A stretch of 64,000 nt of DNA from Phyllosticta citribraziliensis (taxonomy: Eukaryota): positions 2,046,001-2,110,000 of the forward strand of contig NW_027117341.1 in the NCBI RefSeq assembly GCF_038025025.1. The letters are read 5' to 3'. Made by a program: the position numbers and the translations under genes. Below the pieces are notes generated by a model. It saw only the letters and a program-made list of their open reading frames with translations. It did not search any database and was not told the DNA's origin. Numbering within the stretch: position 1 is the first letter of the stretch; each line of letters starts with the position of its first letter. Shown piece by piece: positions 23,161-35,495 of the stretch.

Positions 23161-24696
23161 CTACCATTCCTGCGGCTCGATTCTATCGGGCAAGGCGACG
23201 CGTGGACGAGGCGACCAGGACGGATCGCGAGGCGCAGGCGCGGCTTCTGGCATGGGGGCTGGCTCCTCCTGGTAGCTGTTGGCACGTTGCTCGTGGTCGT
23301 TCAGACGTCCTTCATCGGGGTAGCGACGACGAGGGGAACGAGAACGCGTGCGGTCGTTGTACTGCGTGCGGTCGTTGTACTGGCGGCTGCGTGGGTAGTC
23401 GCGGTCGCGGGGGCGCATTTCTTCGTACTGGCGGCTGCGAGGATACTCGGGCGCGCGGGGACGCTCTGCGGGGTAGCGGCTGCGAGGCGGGCCACGTTCA
23501 CGGGGTCGCTCGTCTTCGTAGTTGCGGCTGCGGTACGGATCACGCTCGCGAGGGCGTTCATCGTCATAGTGGCGGCTGCGGTGTTGCTCACGTTCGCGAG
23601 GGCGCTCGTCTTCGTAGTGACGGCTGCGATGGTAATCACGCTCCCTGGGACGCTCTTCATCATGGCGGCGACTGCGATGCTCGCGAGAGCGGGATCGCGA
23701 TCGAGAGCGGTGGCTGCGTCGGTGATGGTGGCGATGATGGCTGTCGCGAGATTCATCGTGGTGGGAGCGATGATGACGGCTGGAACGGTGTCTGTCTCCA
23801 CTGCGTGAATCGAGTCCTTCGCCCTCCAGGACATCGCCTCCGCCCATGTTGCCGGATTTCTTGCCGTAGCCAATGCCGCGACCTCCGGCACCAGAGTCTT
23901 GGTCGTGCTCGTCCTTTCCGGAGTTGCTTCGAGCAGACCTAGGGCCAAGGGGGATCAGATTGGCGTTGGTGGCCCCGGCAGCTGCACCTGCACCAGACTG
24001 GGGGGGAGCGGGGCGTTTGACTCCGAGCATCTCGTCCATCATGGCAGCTTCGCGTTCCTTGATTTGGCGTTTTTCTTCCTCAATCTGCTTCCTCTCGTCG
24101 TCGTCGATGTGAAAGGCAGACTTGTTGGCCTTTGCGTACCAGTTGAGGTCACGGCCCTTTTGCCAGCGTCCGACGGCTGTGGCAGGGTTAGAAGGATGCC
24201 CAGACAAGGAACAGGGAAAAGTTGGGGGCGAGGCAAAGAACCTTGCGAGAGGACGAAATGCACAGCCTTGCAGTCCAGCGCGTCAAGGCAAAGATGAGGG
24301 TACACATGGGTGGGGTGGAGAGGGAGAGGGAGAAGGAAGCCCACCGCAGGCGGGCGTGGAGTCATGGGAGCGGAGGGAACATGTAGACAGACACCCGTGG
24401 AAGGCGCGTCCGAGGCGGAATGGAAGAGGAAGGCACAACAAGGAAGCGACGCGAGGACTCACGGGCGTGGACCGAGTGGCCGAGATAATTCTCGCGCTGC
24501 GAGTCCGACGCGATCTTGCTCCAGTCGACGTTCCCACCGATGGCGAGGTTGCCCCTGGGATGGGTTAGTGCATGCTAAGGGTCATGGACGACAGTTTCCT
24601 ACAGGGCCAGGTTAGCGGTGATTCACCCTCGGGGAGCGAAGCGGCACCCATACCAAACCTCGAGCCCTCTTTACGGACCGTCTGCACGAGATCCAT
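23161..24696 (-). CDS. MMTAG2/C1orf35-like protein with Arg/Ser/Glu-rich tail; exons 24696-24659, 24554-24463, 24176-23161
   Basis: Spliced N-terminus [59 protein letters not shown] is the family signature. Introns 24555-24658 and 24177-24462. Confidence 0.85.
23350..23680 (-). repeat. About 7 imperfect 45-48-bp coding repeats (RSRxYxxERPRxRxx)
   Basis: GCGGCTGCG-like motif recurs every 45-48 nt; protein units such as HRSRHYEDERPREREQ and HRSRHYDDERPRERDP. Confidence 0.85.
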
Positions 24697-24925
24697 TTCG
24701 AAACAAACAAACAAGACAATCGACGGGTAGGACGACTGCGGCGGAGAGACGGATGTCCTGTGCTGTCCGGTCGTGGTGTCGTCGGTCGCGTTTGTCTCTC
24801 CCGTCGGCGCCACGCCAGCGCCTAGCGCCACTCAGCCCTATGCACGGCTCTTCAACACCTCCGGCCAGTCGATTGCTTATCCCGACGTCACCTCGCCTCT
24901 GCCCTCCGTCTCTCGCCCATCTACC

Positions 24926-26098
24926 ATGGCTGCTGTCCAGCAAACCCCGCTGGACGAGCTCCAATGGCGCAGCCCGGCCGCCTTGGCCAACCTCTACCAC
25001 TTTTTCGGCGGCCTGCACCGTGGCACAATCCACCTCTACTTTGCCGAGTCCGACTACATGGATCGCACCTCCAACAACTGGGCTCTCCTCATCCAGAACC
25101 AAGGCGCCCCCTGGCTGGCAGACCGTGACGCTTTCGAGGCCCGCCTGCGCACCATGCAGGGCTTGGAGTTCATGGTCGTAGCGGAGCCCGAGCGCAAGCC
25201 AGACGCCATCGACAGCGGCATATACGTCCTGCGCAAGCAAAATCGGCGAAAGAGACCGGGAAACCACGACGACGAGTTGACCGTGCTGGCCACCTACTAC
25301 GTGATTGGTGAAAACATTTACCAAGCCGCGTCGCTCGAAGACATTATCGGCAACAAAGTTGTGCGTACTACCTGCTTCTCATTCGTAATCCTACGCTGAC
25401 TGACTGCAAAGCTTGCCGCTTCAACATCTCTCTCCAAATTCTTCAACCTGGCAGCCTCGCTACCCATCTACGCTTCCGGCCGTGGCTACTCCTACTTTCC
25501 ACCCTCGTCCGCGCTCCCGCGCCCGGGGGGTTCCGCCTCCGCGTCTCGCCGCAGCTCGCGCGCCGGCTCTCCCGTGGGTGTCGAAGGCAGCGTGCTCGAC
25601 TCGGCCGCGGAGACGGCATCCCAAACGCAAGACTCTTCGCAGCCGAACGGTTCACAGTCGCAGCCCAACCAGGGAAAAAAGAGCGGTCCTGCCACCGGCG
25701 CTTCTGCCGCTGCAGCCGCTACCTCGCTGTCCGCCCTCACCCACTCCATCCGCCTCTTCACGCAATACGGGTCCGAGTTCTCCGACACCAACCCGCTCGT
25801 TGGAGAGCCTGGGTCATTCGTCTTTAGCGCCACGGCGCGCCAGGTGCAAGCGTCCCAGGCCAAGGCTCAGGCAGCCGCTGAAGCCGCCGCCGCCGCAAAG
25901 ACTGTTGTGCAGAGCATCGAAGGCGCTCCCGGTGGCGGCGTCAAAGAGGGTGGCACCTCGAAGCCGCCGACGCCCATGCCACCGCTCGAGGCCGTGACGA
26001 AGGTGCCGAAGCGCGTCAAGCGCAGCAAGAGCAAGGCGGGCACCGCGCCCACAAGCCCTGTTTCGCCCAATGCGGCGACGCCGGGGAAGGTCGCATGA
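24926..26098 (+). CDS. MED6: Mediator subunit 6; exons 24926-25360, 25412-26098
   Basis: PLDELQWRSP, YFAES..DRTSNN, L.TMQGLEF, YVLRKQNR, YYVIGENIYQA. Intron 25361-25411 joins to the 25574-26098 frame. Confidence 0.92.
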
Positions 26099-27446
26099 TT
26101 GCCGCGTTTTGTGGCGAAGTATCCGGAGCTACATGTTTTCGTTCCCTTTTCTTGGCGCTGCGGCGTTGATAGACACTTGGGTCAATGGGAAAAGAGATAC
26201 CCTAGATTTGCTTTTCTTCTCCTTATTCGACTGGACGAAAGAATTGAATTACGCTGTCTCCCATGTTTGATCTGTCCTGGCCACGCTCTTTATCTGTGTT
26301 GCACCGCCTGCTGAAAGGCCACTCGTCAAGAAGTCGGCGAAATCGTTGACGTTGAACTGCCTCTCAATCCACCCACCTCTCGGTCGCTCGTTTGATCATT
26401 GCTTGAGATGAACCAATTGACAGTTGATTAGTCCTTGCGTGGACAACGACTGCCATCATGACCACCGGCCAGGGTCTATCGGTCTCAACGGCGAGCCAGC
26501 GAGGGAACACAGGGTCCTTTCCTCCGTCCAGCATGTGACCAACATATTCCATCCCTTCCAGCCGTCCCATGGTTCGACCTACCGCACAGGGTTCTTGCCA
26601 GTGGAATTCAGATGCACTGGTGAAGCTTGCTGATGGGGGGAAAACAGACATAACATCCGACTTGCAGATGTGGGTGGTGAGGGTATTCTGATTGGCTTGG
26701 TGCCTGTCGGCGCGAGGTAGTGGTAAACGGCAACGCTTCCCCGATACCCAGAACCGTGGATGGTTGGTCACCCTCCTTGCCTTGCTGCTGCTGATTGCGT
26801 CCCAGAGTTCGTCGATAGAAAGGGGCTGGTGGGATAGGCAGTGCGGTGGGAGTGCGGCTCCACTGATATTCGCAGTTTTTCTCTCCCTCATGGCTTGCGG
26901 GAGCTTGAATGGCTCACCTCTCATAGCACGACCTGATATCATGATTCCTACCTGGTCTCATCATTTCTACCCTTACAATCCCTCAGCGACTGCCGACGCG
27001 ACGTCTGGGTGGAGCATCCAAACCTTAAGAGAACAGGGGTCGCGAATGACCTGACCCTGAGTCACTGAACCATAACCATACATGGCCGCCATCCCACCAC
27101 CCTCGACTTTCTACCGATGGATGAGCCTGACAAAGCTTCTCAACTAGCCATGTGAGCCATAGCACATAAAGCGCTGCCCGCCCCTGGAAATCGGGGTCTT
27201 TTCTTCTCTCCCTCATCCCACATCTCTGTCGCACGTCAAAAACATTCAAGCCAGAATTCAAGCCAGAAACCCACGATCAAACACACACACTGCTACAACA
27301 GCTGAGAAGCATTCAAACGCACACACACCAATCTAAAACACTACCTCGTACGGTTGAGAAGGCCATCTCACACCTCAGGCCGCGCCGAATACACCGGTCA
27401 CGGAGCATTCAAACACAAATCGTCTCCACCAACCACAACAAAAACC

Positions 27447-28766
27447 ATGGACGACGCAAACGCCTCCATCAAGAGGACTCTTGCCGAGTTCGAGGCCGGC
27501 GTCCACAGCAGCCTCCGGGTCCGACAAATCCTCCTCGACGCCTCGTACATTGTGCAAACCAGCCAAAAGCTGAACTCACCGCGCCAACTCACGAACGCCT
27601 CGCTCATCCAGTCTTGGATCGACAAGACCAGCGCGAACCTGAGCGCCGTCAAGAAAGCCTACGACGCACTCAACAGACGCCGCCCGTGCTGCCTGCAGGC
27701 CGAACGATGCGTGGGAGTAGACGACCCCCAAACCGTCAGGGCCCGCAAGGAGAGATACATGCACGACGAGTGCGAAAGCTTGGCCTCCTACTGGGTCGCG
27801 GAGATCACCCCCATGACGCTTCGCAACGCCAATCTGCAGGTCGCCCTCGCCATCGTCAACGACCGCCAGCTGGACCTGTCCGCGTTCCGCAAGCAAGCCC
27901 TGCGCGCCGTCAAGGAGAAAGCCGCCGAGGCTTTCAGATCGTCCTCGTCGTCGTCGCCTCCCAAGACTGTCTCCGAGCCAGAACTGCCTCCGCCACTGCT
28001 CCCGCCAGCCAAACAGGACAACGTCGGCCAGAAAGACAAACCCAAAAAACAACACAAAACCGTCACCTTCGCGCGCTCCGCCTCCCTCCTCGGTCAAGAA
28101 GCCACCCACCGCCCCGCGCGCGCCTTCCACCGCAGCAGACCCGCCACCTACGTCCCGGGCCGCTGGGCGCCGCCGAACCGCAAACCACGACCGGACGCCG
28201 CCTGCACACCCACGACCTGCGCACCCGCTCGCAAGCTCAGCAAGCTCAGCAAACTCAGCAAGCGGGCTGCGTCGAAGGCCGCGCCCACCATGGCCCTGGA
28301 CACGACGCCCGCCGCCGCCACCAAGTATCCGCTCGAGCCGTTCGACCCGTACGGCCCGCCGGCGTTTTTTAATACGTACGCCGATTACAGCTACAGCGGC
28401 GGCTGCCGCGATTTCAGGACGTTTGATTTTGCTAGCAACGCCGCGCCAAAGTCCTCACCCAGCTCCTCACCAAACTCACCAATTTCACCACCATCACCAC
28501 TAGGATCAACCGACGAACTCGAAACCGAATCAGACGACGACCCCGCACCCGCCCTCCCGCTCGACGACATGTTCCTCGACACGAGCGGCATCAACGCATC
28601 GCCGTCGGCCTTCTACCACGACGACCCCTTGTTGGATGCGGAGGAGTGGGCGCTGGAGCAGGAGCGGCGCGCGGTTTGGGATGCGTTTTTCGCGCCGCTT
28701 CCTGCGCCGCGGAGGGGGCTGCTGCAGAGAGTTAGGAGTGCGAGTTTGGGGAGGGGGGGCTGTTGA
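27447..28766 (+). CDS. Hypothetical protein (439 aa) with FxR..YVPGRWA motif
   Basis: Long ORF with GC-rich third codon positions, ATG in AAACCATGG context, T-rich 3' flank; motif shared with the neighbouring gene. Confidence 0.7.
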   Translation: MDDANASIKRTLAEFEAGVHSSLRVRQILLDASYIVQTSQKLNSPRQLTNASLIQSWIDKTSANLSAVKKAYDALNRRRPCCLQAERCVGVDDPQTVRARKERYMHDECESLASYWVAEITPMTLRNANLQVALAIVNDRQLDLSAFRKQALRAVKEKAAEAFRSSSSSSPPKTVSEPELPPPLLPPAKQDNVGQKDKPKKQHKTVTFARSASLLGQEATHRPARAFHRSRPATYVPGRWAPPNRKPRPDAACTPTTCAPARKLSKLSKLSKRAASKAAPTMALDTTPAAATKYPLEPFDPYGPPAFFNTYADYSYSGGCRDFRTFDFASNAAPKSSPSSSPNSPISPPSPLGSTDELETESDDDPAPALPLDDMFLDTSGINASPSAFYHDDPLLDAEEWALEQERRAVWDAFFAPLPAPRRGLLQRVRSASLGRGGC

Positions 28767-28770
28767 TGAT

Positions 28771-28823
28771 CTTTCTTGTTTGTTTGTGTTTGTTGGTTTT
28801 GTTTTTGTTTTTGTTTTGTTTTG
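28771..28823. repeat. (TTTG)/(TTTTG)n simple repeat in the 3' flank
   Basis: Read directly. Confidence 0.85.
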
Positions 28824-29601
28824 TCGTTGCAGCACTCGCTGCTTGGTTGGTTGTCCGCGTTCAGAGCTGCCTACCCCCCTTTGTCATCGAAATCTTCCCA
28901 AAATTTGTACGCGTACAAGCGCACGAACGCACATCACAAAAGCATCTGTCTTCTTCATTATCAAAAGAAATGGTCATTCCCTTCGTTCACATCAATCACT
29001 CTCACAACCCATCCTCTCTCCAAAAATCAATTCAATTTCATGCCGTGCCATGCCATGTGCAAGGGACATCTTGATCTGATTGACGTGCGGCCATTTTCAA
29101 CCTCCCACTGCCGCACCGCCTCCGCCTCCGCCTCCGCTTCCGCTTCCTCCTGCTAGCTGCTCGACTGAATCGCCACGGCCCCGTGACATTCGCCTAGACT
29201 CCAGCTCCAGCGCGCAATCAAGATCCACTACGCGCGTTTTTCCTTTACGATGACCGGCGACATCCCCCACATAACGCAGGCGATGACACGCAGAGCGCTT
29301 GACCAGACTTCGATTGACTGTGAAACCAAGAGCGAACACGCCTGGGCGGCAACAGTTCGCGCAGACAGATAGCGCGGCGCACAGAGACAAAGGCAGCGTG
29401 CTAAGCCCGGAGCGCCATTTCACCAAGCCATCAGCGTTCCGCTGCGCCTGACGACATTCATGGCGGGCTTTTGATGGCGTGGCCGGCTGCTACTACCTGC
29501 TGCTGTGGTGGTGGTGAAAGGCCACCGCGCCGCTCTCTCGAAAAGGACCTGCCGCGTGTCTGACGATCGCGCTTGCAAGCTCCGTGGTTGATGGTGCCTG
29601 T

Positions 29602-31131
29602 CTAGCTGTTTGCCCGGGCGCTGGTGGCATTGGTTGTATTGTCGCTGTTGTCGAAGGTCAATGCGGAAGCGGACGGTGAACTCGACGAGCTGTCGGACGG
29701 CAAAGGAGACGCAGACAGAGGAGCCTGGTGAGCTGGCGGACTGGCAGCAGCGGCTTGGATTTGAGTAGCGCAGCTGTCGCTTCCGCTGCTACTGTCTGAG
29801 CTCGTGACGCCGCCGCTGCTGTCGTCAGAACTGTCAACAACAGGAGGCGCCTCGCCAGCCCGCAGCGGGCTCGGCAACGACAGACGAACGCGCTTAGGAG
29901 TGACTGGCGGCCGCGTGCCTTCGTCGCTGTCATCGCGGCGGCGCTTGGGGCCGGCAATCACCCACGGGCTGGCTGTCGGCAGCGGGACGGACGAGCAGCG
30001 AGCGCGCGAGGACAGAAGAGAGACTGGCGGGCGACCTGATGGGTGAGGCGAAGGGACTAGAATGGGAGGAGCGGAGCTGGCTCGCAATTGGCGCGGCGTT
30101 GAGAGGCGGATGCGCTTGGGCTTGGGCTTGTTGGAGTGCTGGGCAAAGCTCTCGTTGTCATCTTTGCGGTGGCGTTTCGGACTGCCAATCACCCACGGGG
30201 AGGCGGACGGCGGAGGCACAGAGGCAGACCGGGCGGCAGACGACGGGACAGAGGCGATTGAACGAGGAGAGGTAACGCCAACGGGCAAGACAGCAGGCGC
30301 GGGCGGCGGCGGCGAGATGGGGACGACGTCGATGAGGTGGTGCCGCTTCGGGCTGCCGGGACGTCCATCGCTGGCGTTGTCGTCCTCACGGCGGCGCTTT
30401 GGAGAGCTCAACGACGCAGGAGCGCGAGCCGAATCGGGACTTGACTGAAGGCGAGGAGGGGAATCGATACAGATGGGCGAAGCAGAGTAGTCGACAGGCT
30501 TCTTCAACATCTCCTCCATCTCCTTCGCCTCCGCCTCATCCAACTCCAGCTCCCACGGCGCCTTGCCAAAGTACCACGAGGTATTGACGATCTCGTCGCC
30601 TGGCGCGGCAGCCCAGCGGCCAGGGGCGTAGATGCGGCCCATACGCGCAAACGTCCTCTTGTTGCGGGCCTGGTGGTGCTCAGTGTGCAGATTGTGAAGA
30701 CCGCCGTCATTGTCCCTGCACCACAGCAGGAACGAAAAGCGAAGCCGAGATTCCCAAGTTGGGTCGACGGGGTGTTCCACCTCTTGCACCGCGAGATTCG
30801 CGTTGGCTGCCTCGACTTTCGCCCGCCGCCACTTCTTGAGCTTCTGGATGTACACCGGCCGCATGTAGTGTGCCATCGGGCTCCAGCCCATGCTTCTGGC
30901 CTTCTCGACTACCACGAGAAGATGGTCGGCGACCTCATTGATCCTTTTCGCGCGCTCCTTCAGTATCTCTAGGGTTTGGCTCCCTTCAATAGTATGAGGC
31001 AGGGACGGACCGGGGGCGAGAGCGAGGGTGGCAGAAGGCTGGCCGTAGGATATCTGAGCCGGAGGTGTGTCGGCTGCGGCAGAAGGAAAAGAGTGGGCGA
31101 GGGCACAAAAGTAGTCGTCCGTGACGCGCAT
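29602..31131 (-). CDS. Hypothetical protein (509 aa) with FxR..YAPGRWA motif and repeated basic SP/NLS-like modules; an upstream exon is possible
   Basis: Long ORF with a helical N-half and low-complexity C-half. A branch/acceptor-like GCTGAC..CAG lies just before the ATG. Confidence 0.7.
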   Translation of the reverse strand: MRVTDDYFCALAHSFPSAAADTPPAQISYGQPSATLALAPGPSLPHTIEGSQTLEILKERAKRINEVADHLLVVVEKARSMGWSPMAHYMRPVYIQKLKKWRRAKVEAANANLAVQEVEHPVDPTWESRLRFSFLLWCRDNDGGLHNLHTEHHQARNKRTFARMGRIYAPGRWAAAPGDEIVNTSWYFGKAPWELELDEAEAKEMEEMLKKPVDYSASPICIDSPPRLQSSPDSARAPASLSSPKRRREDDNASDGRPGSPKRHHLIDVVPISPPPPAPAVLPVGVTSPRSIASVPSSAARSASVPPPSASPWVIGSPKRHRKDDNESFAQHSNKPKPKRIRLSTPRQLRASSAPPILVPSPHPSGRPPVSLLSSRARCSSVPLPTASPWVIAGPKRRRDDSDEGTRPPVTPKRVRLSLPSPLRAGEAPPVVDSSDDSSGGVTSSDSSSGSDSCATQIQAAAASPPAHQAPLSASPLPSDSSSSSPSASALTFDNSDNTTNATSARANS

Positions 31132-31953
31132 GATCTGGATCCTCGTCAGCAGAGTTGAAGAATATTGACGATGCGTCTGTTATCAAGCAAGACTGGAAGC
31201 AACCTACGATGAGAGACCAAAGTTTGACTGGTCGCAAAAGGAAACAGCGAAGGAGAGAAAGCTTGAGCGTCGGCCGGCGCCAAAAAGCCTGGTCGCGAGC
31301 TTGCAGGAGGATTTGGCAAGGTCACGAAAACGCGACGCAGTTTGGCGTGGTAGTATTGGAAGGTCGGGCGTCGGCGAGCAAAATAATCAAGGTTGGCCAG
31401 CGGGCGAGCCCCGGGCGCTGGTGTGGCTCGAACTGTCCTGACTGAAATGAAGTGAAAGCTTCGATGGTTGGCGCTGTGATTTTGATGGAGGCTCCCAATG
31501 CAACGCAAAATTGCCCTCAAAGCCAATTCCAACGCCCGCCGATTCATCTACACCCAGATAGCGCCATGGATACATAGAAGCACTTAGTCATTAAATTGCA
31601 AAGACTCGCCATCCGAGAACGACTTGCAGAACAGACCCGGTCGCTCCACCATTTGCATCAGTTTGAAAGAACGAAACGGCACCAAAAATACCATGTTTTT
31701 AACGCCTTGCAGTGGTGTTTGATGATTTTGAAAACTAAGACGGAGCCATTGGAACATGGAAAGATTGGGTATAGCTAAAACAGGTCCTGGGTCGGCATAT
31801 GTCCTGCTAGCAGAGGTTGCCACTGCTCAGCCGCACTCAGTTCTGGGGGTAATTCACAGGGACTTTGAATCTGAGGATAGTCAGCATTATATGCCAACGT
31901 GGTAGACGGTTGTCTGCAAATATATGTCGCAAAAGAATCCATCGGGAGTGGAA

Positions 31954-33463
31954 TCATCTCCCAGTCCTGCGTACGACAGGCGTATGAACTTGACTACCAC
32001 CACCATCAAAGCTCTCCACATTATCCACAAAAGGGCTCTTGTCATCCGCAGGGTTTGGCGTGCCGAAGCTGCCCTTAACGTCGCCCGTTGTAGGTACTGC
32101 ACTGGGCAGGTCTGCGAGCGAGCGAAGCGGATCGTTGCAAAAGATGGCAAGGAGCTTGTCAACGACATCTCGGAGCTGGTCTACGTGCTGGCCAAGCAAT
32201 CGCGTCGACATGTGTGTGCGCTTGACAATCGCGGCGTCAGTGTGGCCGTCCTTGACTCATATTTTGGCAAGATACTTACCATGGCAAAAACCGCTCCACG
32301 ATAGGTTTGGTGATAGACCAACTTGTACTCCTCGTCCCGCGCTGCGTCTTCCGGCGATATTTCTTCGTCCTGCTGCTGTGAATCTACGCCAACAGCAACC
32401 GAAGCCCGTCGTGGCTGCACCTTGTTTCCTCGCCTGCGCTGCTGTAGGCCATACATCCGCATACCAGCCATGACGAGCCGCGAGATTGTATCCTTATTCC
32501 GGGATTCGACCGCTGGCTCTCCGTCAAGGTCCGCCACACTGGCAACCCGCGACAGCGAAGAGCGCTTGGCTTGGCTCTCAAGACCATCTCTGCGGCTGGC
32601 AGGCCGAATCTCGAGATTGGCGCTCGGGGAGCGAGACAGCGATCGACTGCTTTTGACAGCGGCCGGTGGATCCGTGAGGCTTGAGGACGCGGAACGTTTT
32701 GGCTGCGGAACCGGGAAAGCGGATTCGTTGGCACGAGAGGCGGCAGCCGCCACACTTTCACCACCCCTGCGCCTTGCTCTTTTCCGTGGCTCCTCGGCTT
32801 CCTCAAAGACGCTCGCGAAACTCTCGCGCTTCCGCGCCTCCAATGTTGATGTTGTGGATGGCTGGGGGAGAAACTGGGCAACCTCTTCTCCATGAGATGC
32901 TGAGTACTCGTTGGGCGATAAAGGAGGCGTTGATTGCGCAGGGACTTGGTGAAGAAGGTCCGACGACAGCGGCACAGCGAGCACCCTGATTGCTGGTGTT
33001 TGTAGCGCGTCGTTCGCATTGAAACCTCTAGATTCGTCGGGCTCTGCACTGGCGAAGAACAGTATTTCTGTAACTCTTGGACCAGAGCCCCCCTTCTTGC
33101 TGTCAAAGGCCTTTGCTAGTATGCCGACAGGCGACTGGTGTCGAAAGTCTTGCCACCATTGACCGACCTCCGTTGAGCAATTGTCGAGCAGTAGCGTGTT
33201 GAACCAGTCCTGCGTCGGCTGTCGCTCCGAATAGACCTCCATCGGCGACCCAATGGCTAGGTAGAGCGGCATCTTCGTCATGTCCACGATGGCGAGGTAT
33301 TTGAGTGATGTTTGCGACAGGGAGAAGGCAACGGGTTGTGCCGAGGCGAGTTCGACATCTTGACTCTCTCAGGAAGTGCGGTATGTGGCTTGCAAACGAA
33401 CGAGGACCTACTTTCGATGTTGCCTCCACCAGGAAGCTGAATGTCGCCAGTCCAGACGTCCAT
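31954..33463 (-). CDS. SLD7: Sld7 C-terminal-domain protein; exons 33463-33412, 33358-32280, 32220-31954
   Basis: NKDTISRLVMAGMRMYGL..EYKLVYHQTYRGAVFAM-R..LRDVVDKLLAIFC resembles fungal Sld7_C. Introns 33359-33411 and 32221-32279 keep frame. Confidence 0.75.
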
Positions 33464-33679
33464 GGCGGTTGTTGGGGTTGTCGCGAGGTGCTGCGTCTCG
33501 TCGTGGGAGACGCGTTGGTTGCGGACGCGTTTCCTGTCGCGTGACATCATTTTCGGCTAGCGTCGGGAGATCCCGAAAAGGAAATCCGACAAGGACACTT
33601 GCATTCGACAACAGAGGTCTGCTTTGAACTCATGTATTACGGTCTATTGTTTTTTGAAGAGCTATGCATGTCTCCACTG

Positions 33680-35495
33680 TTACCAGAATTTCCATCCGTG
33701 TTTTTCGCCACGCTCGCCATGGCGCCCGATTCTCCACCAGTACAACGGAACTCCAGCGAGGATAAACGCCAACACAAGCAGTGTCTGGACCGGCTCCGCA
33801 ATCACAGCCCGGCTGACCAAGAACAGACTGACGCAACAAAATATTATGGGCGTGGTGATCCACGTCTTGTAAGGACGCTCCAAGTCAGGCTCTTTGACCC
33901 GGAGCACAATCAAACCGAGAACTGTGAAAAAGTAAAACGTGTATCCCGCAACGCCGTAGAACGTAACTAGTGTTGAAAACTCCCCGATAATAATGTAAAC
34001 GGCCGTGAGGGCCCCGTTCAGAACCATTGCGTTGATGGGCGTCATGAAGAAGCCCGCATCGTCTGAAATCATCTCCACAAAGCGGTTGCTCGAGCGACTC
34101 GCTCGCGAATTGAGGCGCACCGCGGAACGGTTTCGGACACCAACCTTGCCAAAGATTTCCGGAAGGTAGCCCTCCTTGCCCGCGGCATAGACCAATCGCC
34201 CGCTGGTGAATGTCGTCGCGTTGAGCGCACCAAAGCAGCTCCCTCCAACAGCCAGAGCAAGAATCAAAGAGCCGATCGGGCCCAAAACCTGCGATCCAAA
34301 GGCGATGGCCACGGTGTTGCTCGATGCAATCGCCGAAAGTGGTAGGACAAGAAAGTACGCAATGTTGGCGAGAATGTAGGCGAGAATTACGAGAGGGAGC
34401 GAAGTGTGAATCACTCGTGGCAAGTCACGAGCAGGGTTGATGAATTCGCCAGTGACATAGTTGACCTGCGTCCGTTAGCGTGCAAAGCTGTAACCAGGGT
34501 GGAAATATTACATTATCCCAACCGTCAAACGCCCAGAGCCCAGCGTACAGTGCCACGGCGAGGTTGGAAATGTTGGTGTTTGTGCCCTCGAACCAGCCCT
34601 TGTCTTTCCAATCTCCGCTGGCTGGCCCTTTCCAAGACCAGCCAGAGACGGCGACAACGATTCCTGCAATTGTGATCCCAAGCAAGGCAATGAACTTGAG
34701 GAACATGAAAACATCGGCGCTTCTGGTTCCCAGTTTCGTAGAGACGCAATTGAGTAGTGTTACGAGTATCAATCCGCCGAGCGCAACTCCTTTGTTTAAC
34801 CAGATGCTAATTTCTGCGGCATCTGGACCAATGACGGCGCGCACGCAGTATTCCCCAAGGATGATGGCGATGATTGCTGCTGATCCAGGCTTCAGGACAC
34901 AGACAGCACTCCACGTGAACAAAAAGCCGGACCATTCTCCAAATATCTTGGCCAGATAGACTTGCGCGCCGCCATTGAGAGGGATCGCACCGCCCAGCTC
35001 AGCATAACTGGCGGCACCGGTCCATGCCAACAGCCCCGCGATCAGCCATATTATGAGCGAAGCCCCCGGCGACCCGGCATTGATGTTGACCTGGCTCGGG
35101 GAAGAAAAGATTCCAGATCCAATGATGAGGCCGACAACCAGCGACACACCGTTGAGGTACGTCAGTGATTTGAGCTTCTCCAACGAGCCGCCATTTAGCG
35201 ACGACGATGGCTCAAAATGCGCCGCAGATGGCGCCCCTAGCGCAGTGTATCCGCCGGCTGTTGTGGAAAGAGGGAACAGGTTCGCAGAGAAGTCGAATGT
35301 GGAGCCGCCGGAAAAGGATCGCGCTCGAGCGGGGTTCTGGTCGGACAGCGGATCTTCATCTTCGAGAGATAGTCGCCTTGAAGAGGGAGGGCCAGGCGAC
35401 GATGACTCGGAATCCCGTCGCGAGTCCTGGTCAGAAGAAGCAAGGGAGGCTAGCTCGAGGGAGTCGCGGAGAGGCTGGCTGGCGTAGCGAGACAT
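33680..35495 (-). CDS. APC-superfamily L-type amino-acid (methionine permease-like) transporter; exons 35495-34512, 34465-33680
   Basis: [41 protein letters not shown]; many hydrophobic segments. Intron 34466-34511. Confidence 0.92.

Noticed and set aside
24177..24462. Unusually long (286-nt) intron as a snoRNA host
   Set aside because: No convincing C/D or H/ACA boxes; mostly pyrimidine-rich sequence.
26364..27261. Short ORFs and a GGTTCGACC B-box-like word between MED6 and the first unknown gene
   Set aside because: No T-stem or cloverleaf around it, and no protein motifs in the ORFs.
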